IMG/VR virus record: IMGVR_UViG_3300032286_000719
Span: 32,001-96,000 of that record
Direction: 5' to 3' (one strand)
DNA from: a virus
DNA length: 64,000 nt
Position 1 is the first letter of the stretch; each line of letters starts with the position of its first letter. Made by a program: the position numbers and the translations under genes. The notes below the pieces were generated by a model. It did not search any database, was not told the DNA's origin, and was given only the letters and a program-made list of their open reading frames with translations. Shown one piece after another: positions 1 to 13,100 of the stretch.

Positions 1-2
1 CA

Positions 3-1124
3 GATAACACAGCTTGGGTAGCTGCTTCTAGAGAATCTGGATTAGCTGATTTAGAAAGCAAAGTATTAAAAGGAAAGACAGGTCTTAAGTTTACTTACAA
101 AGGTCAAACAGTTCAACTATCTGCTAAAGAAATTATGGATGTTTCACTAGCATTAACTCCTACCAAAATTAAAGATAATGCAGGCCATGAGAAAACTGTA
201 CAGTTATTAGATATTGGTAAATTAAATGATAGACAATTAAAGTATGCAGAAGGTACTTATGGAAAAGGAATGTTTGGAAAAATGACAAATGGTCAGATGA
301 AATCACTTGGTTATTCAGGTAACCCAACTTTAGATGTGGGAGTGAGAATGGATATTTCTAAAATAGTACAACCACATGCACAAGCTGCAAATCAAATACG
401 TGAAGCTAATAAAAAAACATTTAAAATATATAATCAAAATCTAGCTAAGGTAGTTGGTGTCTCAGATAGTGTTACAGGAACTTTACCAACAGCAGAAGCT
501 ACTCAAAGAGAAGTGAGTGTAGCTAAAGTGGTTACGTATGTAACTGGTGGTTTAAGAAACTATGCATCTGGATCAGATAAAGAAAAGATATTAAAAGCTT
601 TAAAAAATGATGCCACTATAACTTGGACAGCAAAGAAACCTACTAACTCTAGAGAAACCTGGACAGGTAACATAATAATTAGTGACAAAGATGGGAAAGA
701 TTATACCATCACTAATATAAATCAGACAGACTTAGCAACTTTTACAGACGCTAAGTTTACTCAATATGAAGAGAAACCTATTCAGGATGCTTTAAATATA
801 AATCAGAATACAAAATCTACAAATGCTGTTTATATGCCTAACTCTCCTAATGCATGGCGTACAGCTTATTTTAAAGGAGGTCAGATAAATCCTGAAGTTC
901 AAAAACAAGGATGGGCATATAGAGCAGATGTTGTAAATACAGCTGGAGGATATAGACTTGTTCATTATGTTAGAAAACCAGGGAGCAAACAATTTACCAC
1001 TATATATGGTAATGCAATAGCACTTGATGAACGTATTATAACTAATACAGTAAGCATGACAACTCCAGCACAATTAAACGCTATGTACTTAAATCACGAA
1101 CATAGTACTAAATCTAAAAAATAA
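3..1124 (+). CDS. 5'-truncated putative virion cargo/ejection protein
   Basis: Frame is open from base 3 through the annotated Met at 135; lies directly upstream of the vRNAP gene, as crAss-like cargo genes do. Confidence 0.55.
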   Translation, partial: DNTAWVAASRESGLADLESKVLKGKTGLKFTYKGQTVQLSAKEIMDVSLALTPTKIKDNAGHEKTVQLLDIGKLNDRQLKYAEGTYGKGMFGKMTNGQMKSLGYSGNPTLDVGVRMDISKIVQPHAQAANQIREANKKTFKIYNQNLAKVVGVSDSVTGTLPTAEATQREVSVAKVVTYVTGGLRNYASGSDKEKILKALKNDATITWTAKKPTNSRETWTGNIIISDKDGKDYTITNINQTDLATFTDAKFTQYEEKPIQDALNINQNTKSTNAVYMPNSPNAWRTAYFKGGQINPEVQKQGWAYRADVVNTAGGYRLVHYVRKPGSKQFTTIYGNAIALDERIITNTVSMTTPAQLNAMYLNHEHSTKSKK

Positions 1125-1136
1125 TAATAATATATT

Positions 1137-4100
1137 ATGCCAGATCCTACTAATATTAATTTTGCAGGAAGACCTTACGTAAGAGGACCTCTTGATCCAA
1201 ATCTTCCATCATCTCCAAATACAGGATTTCCAGGACAACGTTCAGGAAAAGCTTTGACTCCAGATGACATGATCAATATGCAGAATAGTCAGCTAGATCT
1301 TAATGAGATTAGACCAGGTAAAACTTATTTAGCTGATGTTGCAGGAGACTTAACAGGTAGATATGATACAGTTGTCTATGGAGCTAATAATGAAGATGCT
1401 TGGGGAGCACAACAATCTACAATATCAAGAGGTGTAAATGGTATATTAAAAGGTACCAGCCTTGCTGCTACAACTGTAGTTGGTGGGTTTGCTGCACTTG
1501 GTGGAGCTGTTGCATCTTTGTTTACAGGAAGAATGTCTGACATTTGGGATAATCCTGTAATGCAAAATATTGATAAATGGAATGAGAAGCTAGATCAAGA
1601 ATACCTACCTAACTATTATACAGATCAAGAAAAGAATGCTGAGTGGTATTCTCCTGATAACTGGTTTACAGCAAACTTCTTATTTGATAAAGTGATTAAG
1701 AACTCAGGCTTTGCTGTGGGTGCTGTTATATCTGGTAACCTAGCTTCTGGTGCATTAGGTGCAGCAGGTAGTGGTATTGGTAGAGGAGCTGCTGCATTAG
1801 AAGCTAACCAAGCATTTAAAGCGTTCTCTCCATTATTAAAAGGTACAGCTAGAGCTTTCTCTGCAGGTAAGAATGCTGAGGCTGCTGCTATATTGGAAGG
1901 TCGAATTTCTTCTATTGCAGATATTACAGAAAGAACTTCTAAGCTAGCTCAAATTGCACAACAGACAAATCAGTTTGGAAAAATTAATGATGTTGGTAGA
2001 AGAATTGGTATCGCTGTATATTCTCAAGGTGGAGAATCTGCATTCGAAGGATTGCAAACATCTAATGAGTTTAGAAAACAATTAATAGAAAAACAAACAA
2101 TAGATAACTTTGGTGTAGCACCAAACGAAGAACAGTTAAGAAAAATTGATCAACAAGTAGAAAAGTTAGGTAAAGCATCTTTTCTTGCCAACATGGCATT
2201 ATTAGCTGCTACAGAATATGTACAGCTTCCTAAGTTATTAGGAAGTACATATGCTGCTGAAAGACAGGCTGCAAATAACTTAGCTGGAATGACTGGTGAT
2301 GTTATATTGAAAGATGGTAAGTATATTGCTAAAGAGGCTGCTAAAACTAAGTTTGGTAAACTATATAATACAGTTAAAGGTGTAGGTAAATATGTATTTG
2401 ATCCTAAAGAGATGCGTCAAGAGATTGGTCAGTATGCTATACAGATAGGATCACAAAACTATTACAGTAAAGCATTTCAAGGAAAAGATGCTAACGTATT
2501 AGTTGATGGTGTGCTATATGGTATGTTTGGTACAGATGAATCTGGTAAAGACGTTGGTGCATTAGTATCTAAAGAAGGACTTGAAGGTGGACTTATTGGA
2601 GGTCTTACTGGTGGTGTTATGCAAGCTAAGGCTAATTATAAAATGGACAAAGCTGTTAAGACAAACACTGCAGCCTTTTTAGAAGAACTTAACACTACAC
2701 CTACATTTAAAGAAGCAGTTCAATATAAAATGGATGCTGTAAATAGAGGAGTAAAACTTCAAGAACAACAACAAGATGCTATTGAACAAGGTGAGAAGTT
2801 AGAAGCAAAAGATCTTAACGCTGACATGATGCATAACTATTTATCACCACGTATCAAGTATGGTAGAATAGATATGGTGATGGATGATATTTCTGAAATG
2901 AGAAAAGAATCCATGTCTGAGGAAGGAATGGCATCTCTTAAACAATTAGGACTTGCTAATGCAAATGATACATCTATAACATTCAATGCTAGACTTTCTA
3001 AGTTTGAACAAACAGCTAAAAATACAGAACAAATATTTAACTCTACAAACCTTAGATACTCTGGAGAGATATTAAGAGAATATACTCTTGAGACAAAAGA
3101 TGGTATTAGAAATCTTACTATAGAAGAATATAATAAACTTGATAAAGAAGATAAGGCAAAAGCAAAAGCTAATGGTAAACCTATATTAAACGAAAAAGGA
3201 GAAAAACAAAGAAAATACTCTGATCAAGTAATTGATCAAATGATTTATACTGCTAGTAAAGTGGCAGACTATGATGTTCGTATTCCTGAAGTGTCTATGC
3301 TTCCTGTTTCACAAGGTGTCCTCGTACAAGATATAATCAATGAAGAATTAACTAATCCAGAATCTACAGCACTTGCTGATAAGCTTGCTGAACTTGATGC
3401 TAACCCAGAAGTCGACACTCCAGAAGTTAAACAAGACTTGATAGACTCTGTTGAATTAGCAATGAGAAGAAAAGAATATCTTAAAGAATACAATGATCTT
3501 ATTACTAATCCATCTAAATACAATCAACAAAGAGAAGAGTTTAAAGATCCTGAAGAAATTGCAAAGGCTAAAGAAACAATCTCTATCAAGACTAAAAGAG
3601 GACCTAGAGATATTGAGATAGGTACAGAATACTTCTTAGGAAAAGTTACTGATAAAAGTAAAGGAGGTAAAGATGTATATCGTGCTCCTAGATTAATTGT
3701 CTTAGGTAGAAATGAAGATGGTACAATCAAGGTGCAAGACTCAGATGGTGTAATTCATGATGTAAAAGAATCTACACTAGAGAGATATAATCTTGGAAAA
3801 GTAGAATCAACATTAAAGAATAAGAAAGCCAAGTTCTATATGGAACATTGGAACACTGTCTATGAGTTTAACTTTGGTGCAAAAACAGGAGGTAAACAAA
3901 AAGGTAGAATTGAGTATGATCCTGAGGAGAATAAAATGCTTTTTGTTTATAATAATAAAAAAGGAGAGCGTAAAGAGATTGAGGTTACAGGAGATCAATT
4001 TGTTCCTAATAAGAAAAAAGGATTTACAGAACCTATGATTAAGGCAATAGATGAGTTAACTGCTGTTCAAAAACAAGCTTTAGCTGCATTTACTTCTGAA

Positions 4101-7100
4101 ACAGATCCACGTCTAGATGCTAAACGAGAAGCTCGTCTTGCTATATTGACTGAGTTATTTGATGAACTAGCTGGTAGACAAGATAAGATTCAAAAGACTA
4201 TTGATCAAAAACAAAAAGAACTTACTAAAGCTAAAGAGGAGTACGAAGCATTAGCAAAAGAAATAGAAGAAGCTGGCCTTGATAAACGTAATAAGAAAGT
4301 TGACAAGTTTAAAGCCACTACATCAAGAGCTCTTGAGAATGCTATGAAGCTTTCTAGAATGCAAGAGCAAATTGAAAGAGAGATAGAAGACCTAACTACA
4401 GACTCAGAAGAGATTGAAGCTACACTTGCTTATATTACAGACATGGCTGATAATATAGATGAGTACTCAACCAACTTCAAAGATTTCATGAATGAGTTAC
4501 AAGAAGAAATCTTAGATCTTGAAATCTTACAAGAGACAACTAAAAAACAAATCACTATTCTATCTAAGTTAGGAAGAGAAACACAGAATGCATTAGATGC
4601 AACTATTGACTATCTATCTAAACTAATATCAAACTTTGAATCTAAGTATCCAAATGTTCCTAGACTTATGGGACAAGACTGGGTTGACTTCTTAAAAGAC
4701 AATCCTAACTTCCTTAAACTTAAACCTAACTATCGATCTGATTTACAGATGATTGATGACATTGTTGCTGAGATGGAAGATGGAGAAATCAACATCAATG
4801 AAACAAGACTGAAAGATGTTATTGAGCATTTAGATATTTTACAAGGATCTTTAGATGAAACTCAAAGAGAAATCGAAGCTAAAGAAGCTATTCTTAATAA
4901 GTTTAGAGATATTGCTGAGAAATATAAACAACAGAAAGCTGAAGAGAAGAGATTACAAAATGATCTTGCTCTTCGTAAGGAATACTTAGGAACTAACAGT
5001 GATGCTGTACAAAGTTTCTTTAGTAATGAATACTATGAAGCATCAGCTAAGAAAGATGATCTTGAGTTAGTTAGTTCAACAGTTGCTGTTACTAGAGGTA
5101 AAAAAGGTGAGCAGATTAGAGAACATCATGCTAGAGCAAATCGTTTTGGTTTCAACATGCACAAGTTTGCAAATAGAGATGATATTCGTGGTGTTGTAGT
5201 TACATCTAAAACAGAAGAAACACTTGGCATTGAAGGCCTTATGAATCATCTAACTGATGGTGGTAGAGCTGTAGATGATAAAGGTAAACCTATTGACCCT
5301 AACAAAATCATTGCTCTTGTAATGGTACAAGATAATGGGGATGGTACGATTACAATGGTTGATGAAAATGGAACTCCTTTTACAGCAGACCAATTAGCTG
5401 ATCCTATTAATAATGCTATCTATCAAGTATTTCCTAATTCTGAATTAGAAGCTAACTATAGAAATCCAGAAGGTGATATAGAGAGAGGATCTATGTTCAG
5501 AAAACAAACTGAAGATGGCTCATTAACTGATGCACAAAAATCTTTACAGTTACAATATGCTAAGTGGAGAGATGATCGTTTAAAAGAAATTAAACTTCCT
5601 GAAGCACAACCTGTATCTGAATCATTTGGTATTCCAGACTATGTTACACGCTTAGATGAAAAAGGAAAAGAAGTAAGAGATCTTGATGCTAGAGTGGCTG
5701 TAACAGAAACAGGTATGGTATCTGAATCAGATCTACTTGAGGATAATGTATTAATGGTTGCTACAAAGAATGACTCTGTTACTTATGGTAATGTTACATT
5801 CAACACTCCACAAGGTAGAGTGTTCTTGAAAGTTCCTGGTGGATTACTTAAGTTGAAAAACAGACAACTTAATGAGAAAGAAGTTAATGCAATATATGAT
5901 GTAATGCTTCAAGTAACTAAGAACACACAGAGAGATGGCACTACTAAAACAAAAGAAACACAATACTTATTTGACTGGTTAAAGACTATTGTCTATTGGG
6001 GTATTCCTAGAAACACTCAGACAGGGGAAAGAAAAGAAAATCCTGGATATAACAGTGTATGGTTTGAAGATGTTACAGAAGGTAATAAGTCTTTCACTAA
6101 ACTATTCATGTCAGGTATTGGTGCAGAACCATTTGATTTTACAACAACTGGATTACAGAATAAAGAAAATGAAATCAAAGCTGTCCTTAGAGGAATGTAC
6201 AATAATGTAAATGCCACTTTGGTTAACGAGAGATCATTTAGAGATGACTACACTGAAATACTTGGTATAGATGAGAATGGTGAGCCTATCAAAAAAGAAT
6301 GGGATAACTATCAAACATATCTATTATCACCAGAAGGAAGAACTGCTGATGAGATTCCTTTAGTGACACAAGTTAGACCACTGACTAATCCTGATATTCC
6401 TAACAAGAAAGGTATTTATTTTACAATGGATTCAATATCAGATGATTTTGAAATTCCAAAAGCTCCTCCTGTGGCTACAGCTGCTCCAGCTCCTAAAGCT
6501 CCTGCTAAACCTAATGTTAAAAAAGATGCATTAGAAAGAATCAAAAACACAGTTACCACTGAAGAGGATATTGAACCTTTCATGGATGGTATATTCAATA
6601 TCATTGACCAAGATAAATATATAGCTTGGCAAGAAACTTTAGATCAAGAAGAATTAGCTATTGATTTAGGAAATCTTCTTGAAGGTGTTGAGCAAGATGA
6701 AGCTAAGATCTATAACATAACTAGCAAGTATTTATTAAATAAGTACATTGATCAGTTATTAGCTGAAGCAAATAAAACTGCTGCTGCTGCACCTGCTGCA
6801 ACAACAGCTGCTACACAAAAAGAATATGATTTAGAAGGTGGAGAGAATAATTATGCTTTAGGTAAGTATGGTAATCTTTCTTTTAAAATGAATGGTCAGG
6901 AGTTTGTAGACACAAATGAAGAAAAAGGATTCACTATTACATTTGTAGGTTCTACTATGGATGCATTTATGAATGATAGAGGAATCACTGATCAAGAAGA
7001 AGCTAAAGCAATTGTGTATGGTGCTATACTAGCTAAACTAAGACCACAATTAGATGCACTAAAGACTAAGACCAAGGTGCCTGCTGCAAATGCTCCACAA

Positions 7101-10100
7101 ACTACATTCCAATTAAATGGACTAGCAGAGAACACTGTACAGATAGGTGGATATGGTAAAATAGTATTTACATTAGATGGTAAGAAGTTTAATGAAACTG
7201 GTGATGGATTCAATATTCAGTTTGGTTCTTATGATGGAGAGGTTACAAAAGGAGTGATGCAAGCTAAGGGTATTACACAACCAGAAGCTCAAGAATTAAT
7301 TGGTAATGATATATACGCTAAAGTGTATACACAATTGGAAGCAATGAAAGTTCCAGTTGAACCACCACTTGCTACACCATTTACACCAAATGTTCCTCCT
7401 GATGTAATTGGAGCAGATGAGTATGCTAACTTCATTGATAATGGAATAGTTACAGAAGATAGAATCAATTCTATTGCTGAGAAGATTAAGAACAATGAAC
7501 AATTATCTCCAAAAGAAATGGAGATATTTACTGATAAGACTTCTGAGATAAATGCAAAACTTGCTGATGAAGAAGTAGTAGTACCAACTCCTCCTACTCA
7601 ACCAAAAACTACTGGAGCACAAATGCTTGCTAGTAGACAAAGAAAACAAGCTCCTGATGATTCAGCAATGCGTGTTGTCTTAGCTGAACAAGCTAGAAAG
7701 TTCCAAGGTGAAGACTGGAGTAAATTAGAAGAAGGTATCAAGAAGATGCTTCCTAATGTTCCTATATACAGAGTGAAGAACATCATTCAAGCTACCAATG
7801 GTAGACAAGCTTGGGGTATGCTTCACAATGGTGCTATTTACATATATGAGAATGCTGAGGTTGGTACTGTGTATCACGAGGTGTTTGAAGCTGTATGGAA
7901 AATGTTTGCTGATCCAAGTGAGAAAGAAGCTATCCTTAAAGAGTTTGCAAGTAGACCAGGAACATTTGTTGATAGAGAAACAGGCAAAACTGTTGAATAT
8001 AAATATGCTACAGCTTTTCAAATCAAAGAAGAACTTGCTGAAGAGTTTAGAGATGCTGTACTTAATGATAAGTTAGGTATTCCAAATGAATCTAAAAGCT
8101 TAATTGGTAGATTGTTTTCTCAATTGATTGACTTCATCAAGTCTTTCTTTACAGGAAATAATGCTCAACGTAATACAAGAGAGTTATTCAACAAGATAGG
8201 TAATGGATATTATAATACATATAATCCATACATGTCTCAGTTAGCATATGCTAAGGTGGGGATAATCGATATAGAAAATGCTACAGCTGATATTACATCA
8301 GATCTTAGAGTGGAAGGAATACCTGGTGTCCAATTACATGAGGTGATAGAGGAGATGACGTTCATCACTCTTAAAGATATGATTGATAGAAAGGAAAGCT
8401 TATTTAATGTAGTTAAACCTAGACAAAAAGAATTATATCAGATGCTTCAAGTAAGAATGTCAGATGTAATTGGTCATCAAATAGATCTTGTTGAGGATAA
8501 CATGGCTGATGGTACAACTACTAAGAAAGATGGGGCTAAACAGAAAAATGATTTAGAAGCTTTATACATTAATGTATTTGATAAATGGGATGACATTATT
8601 GAATTACACAAACAAAAGCTTAAAACATTTGATATACAGTTTGATGAGAATGATGAACTTGTTTTAGGTGACGAGGATGCATCTGGAAAATCAGACTGGC
8701 AAGATGCTAGAAAGATTGATTCATTCAGAAAAGCAAATGGTGCTGTTAAGTTATTACTAGGAACTCTTCCTGTTTCATATGTAGACACAACTGATGGAGT
8801 TAGAAAATTAAGAAATAAGCGTTCTTCTATTGGTGGTGCTATTCTTCTACCTGCAGATGAGGTGTTTATTAAATTGAAAAACAAACTTCACAACTCCTTA
8901 AGTCCAAATGAGATGTTAGCCACACTTAAAGATATGGCTAAAACAGATCCTACTTATGAGAATCTATATGCAAGACTTACTAAAACAAGTCCTAGTGCAA
9001 CAATTGATTTCAAATCATTTGATCAAAGTACAATACAACTGTTCTCTGCATTCTGGAAAGCAATGAAGAGTCAGAATGCTGATGCTATTTCTGTATTCGT
9101 TCTTCCTGGTGGAGAAGTGATAGTTAGTGATTCAACATTAACTAGTGCTGCTAAACAAGCTAAGCGTGACATGACTACTGATATGATTGATAAAATCAAA
9201 TCTGATTCTAAATTATTTACATATGATAATAAGACAGGAAGATATTTTGCTACAGACGTGATCAAATCAATGCAATTGACTGGTTCAGATTTAAGTAGCT
9301 ATACTAAACTACTTGAGGAATTAGGAATTGAGTTTAACATCAAAGACATAAAGAAGTTAAAAGATGATAAGTTATTAAACTTTACAGATGCTGTAGAAGG
9401 TATTAAACAAACATTCATTGAATTAAATGATCAAGGTAAAGCTAAAACTGAAGCAGAGATTGCAGCAGATGAAGCTAATGGAGAAGTTGCCAGAGGTATC
9501 ACTGTATTAACTCCTAGAACATTAAATATAGAAGGACGTTTAATGCAACTAGGACTTACTAAAGCTTTCATTGAGAATAAATCATTTGAGAGTACGTATT
9601 TCAATATGAATGGAGAACGTACACAAACTTACATAGGAGTGAATGCATTAAGTAGTTTACATAATGTTCTTTCTAAATTAAATAACATTAAAGAATTAGA
9701 CACTCAACCTGAATATAGTCAATACAGATACTTACGTACAGATGTATTTGCTAAAGGAAGTGTATTGTTACAGAAGATGTTTAACTTAGATCCTAAAAAA
9801 GGAACAGGTAATCGTATCAAGGGTACAGAAGACTTAGGTAAATCTGTATACATTGATGGTATGGATAACCAACGTAAAGGTAAAAAGAAAGAAAGTTCTA
9901 AACTTACAGCTAAAGAAAGAATCGTACAAGAGCTAAATCTTAATGTAAATGGATACTACTTAAATCTTGTACCTGGAGATGCATCTATTGAGTGGGCTGT
10001 TAAGATGGGTGAATTCTTAAATGGCAAAAGCTTTATAGATGGTAAACATTATGAGATATTTAAAAACTATTTCATGTCTGAACTAGAACTTGCTAGAGAT

Positions 10101-13100
10101 GATCGTTTTGTTGTTGAAGGTAAGAAAGCAACAGACTTACGTTTCTTTAAAGCTATTCTTGGTGAAGAACTTAATAATGAAATTACTAGTGATAAATACA
10201 AAAACACTCCTGCTGAGGAGGTGTATGATGCATTTGAATCTAAAATAAAAAGAGCTGTAGATGCATTTATTGAACAAGATGCTAAAGACACAAGAGAACT
10301 TCTTGGAGACTATGGTATTGTATTTTATAGTGATGAAGGACTGACTATCGAAGATGTTGAGTTTGAGAATAGTAGTGACATAAAATTAACAGAAGAAAGT
10401 TTACAAGATAGACTTAAACTACTTTCAGTTAACTATATGATTGCAAACATTGAGATGCATAAGATTCTTTATTCAGATCCTTATCAATATAGTGATGAGT
10501 TGAAACGTATCAAAAACTTCAACTCTCCTAGACAAGCTCTTATGACTGGATCCCAAGATATAAATGATGCACTTGATGCTGTTTACAATAAAGGATATAA
10601 ACCTGGAGATGCTGGTTACACTGATATGAATAATGAATTCTTCAGAGCAATCACTATGGGTGATGTATTAAGTGCTAGTGATCTTAAGGATTATGACCCA
10701 TACAAAGAGACTGATGGTGGTGGATATATTCTTGATAAGGCTAATCGTATCTTTGGAATACGTTCTGGAGAATGGACTGAAGCTAATGAAGCTCAGTACA
10801 GACATGATATAGAGTATATGGAATTAGTTAAAGCTGGAGCAACTAAAAGAGAACTAGAAAGATTTGATAGAAAAAGCCCTAATGTAGCAAGTACATACAC
10901 TCCTAGAAAACCTATTGTATCTGGTAACAAACAGGATGGTAGAAACTATAATGATGTTGTGCTACACAAGTTTGCATTACTTCCTCTATCATTTAGATTG
11001 CTACATAAGATGAACCCTAACTCTAATGCTATCAAGTTGTATGACAAGATGATGAATGAGAATATAGACTATGCTGTATTCGAAACAGGAGTTAAAGTGG
11101 GTGCTGAAAAGATATCTCCTCTATATGATAAAGATGGTAACTTTGATGAGACACCATTCGAAGATCCTAATGCTCTAATAGATATTTATGAGAAACAAGC
11201 TGTTTCCAAAATACCATTTAGTATCATGGGTGTACAGGCAGAGATTCCTTCTAAAGAGGCTAACTACGTAACACAAGGATCTCAGATTACAAAACTTGTT
11301 ACAATGGACTTCATGGAAGCTGGTGTACCAATTGATTTTGAAACTAAAGATTCTAAAGGAAACGTTATTACAGATTTCAATGCTAGATTTATTAAATGGA
11401 TGGGAATGTCTGAGGCTGAGAAAAATGATAGTTCTGAGTTGTATAGAGACATCAAACATAACCAAGAACTATTACAAGCTAAAATAGAGAATGGATACAA
11501 AACTCTTCTTAAAAAACTTGGTATAAAAGAAACTATTGGTGCTAATGGTAAAAAGAGTTTCAGAATATCTGATGTCAATAAACTAGTTGATACATTAGAA
11601 GATGAGATATTGAAACGAGAAGTGAACTATAACATCACTGATGCGTTTAATGGATTTAAGAATGGAGATGTTGTGTTAGAAGCAACGCCTGCATATCAAC
11701 AGATCAGAAACATTCTATATTCTATTGCTGACAAAAATGTTACATCTCCTAAGATATCTGGAGGTATGAAAGTACAGATTCCTAATACATTATTAGAATC
11801 AAAAAGACCTGGGCAACAAGTAGTTAAAGGTAAGAATGTTTATAGCTCAGACCTACTTAGATTCTATAGTAGAAATGAGAATGGTAAGCCAATTAATGTT
11901 TGTCAAATAATGGTGGCTCCATGGTTTAAATCAACTATGTCTGAGGATGAGCTTATTGACTATTTCAACAATGATCCAGAAGGAAAGAAAGAGTTTCAAG
12001 CTATAATGGGTGTAGCATTTCGTATTCCAACACAGAAACAAAACTCTATTGATGTATTTGAGATAGCTAAGTTCTTACCTGAAGGATATAAAGACTCAGT
12101 AGTTATTCCATCAGAACTTGTTATGAAAGCTGGATCTGACTTTGATATTGATAAGTTGTCAATCTATTTGAAAAACATATATCCTGGTGAAGATGGAAAA
12201 CCTAAAGTGATTCCTTACTTAGGAATAGGTGAGAAAGCAATTGCTAAGTTTGGTAAGATGTATGATGATGGAGCATTCAATGAGTATTTAAGATCTAAAA
12301 AACTTTTACAAAAAGGAGAGTCTGTAGATAAGTTAATGGAAGCCATCTTCCCTGAGGACTACTCATTCCAAAGAGAAGATGTTATTGAAGATCTTTACAG
12401 ACAATCATTAGAGAATGAATATATAGACTCTCTACAAAAACTAGTATCAAACGATCTTAACTTTGATAACTTAATCAAACCTAACTCTGCAGACGATCTT
12501 AAAGGTTTATCTAAAGAGATAAATGATAAGCTTGGTAATCCTGAGATTGACTATGGTGATGTTAAGAACATGCTAAGTAGAACATTCATGACTAACTTAA
12601 GACATGCGTTTGTTACAGGTAAGTATGCAATTGGTATTGCTGCTGTAAACCAAACTAACAATGCACAAAATCAACGTACTCCTATATTTATTGATCCAGA
12701 AAAAATAGAAACAATAGTTAATGAGGAAGATAGAGAATGGTTAGGTGATGGTAAAATTAAATTCAAAGAATATAACTCAATCATGGTTAATGGTGAGAGA
12801 TATGCCACTCTATCTAAAATAAAAAGTGCTGATAATAAAACATATATCTCTGATACTATTGGACAGTTTATTGATGGATATGTGGATATTGCTAAGGGAC
12901 CATGGATTATGAGACTTGGTGCTACACCAAACGTAGCTTCTACATGGTTGTTCTTGGCTAAAGTGGGTGTACCTATTAAGACAGTTGGTTATTTTATGAA
13001 CCAACCAATTGTTCGTGAGTACTTAAAAACAATTCAGAACAATGGATACTCATGGTTGTTTATTGATAACTTTGTTGCAGATGCTAAGTATGAATACTTA

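Noticed and set aside
6840-6860. GENNYAL inside the vRNAP matches a Bacteroidota tmRNA tag sequence
   Set aside because: It is internal, lacks the terminal AA and is not preserved in the second copy of the repeat, so it is most likely coincidence
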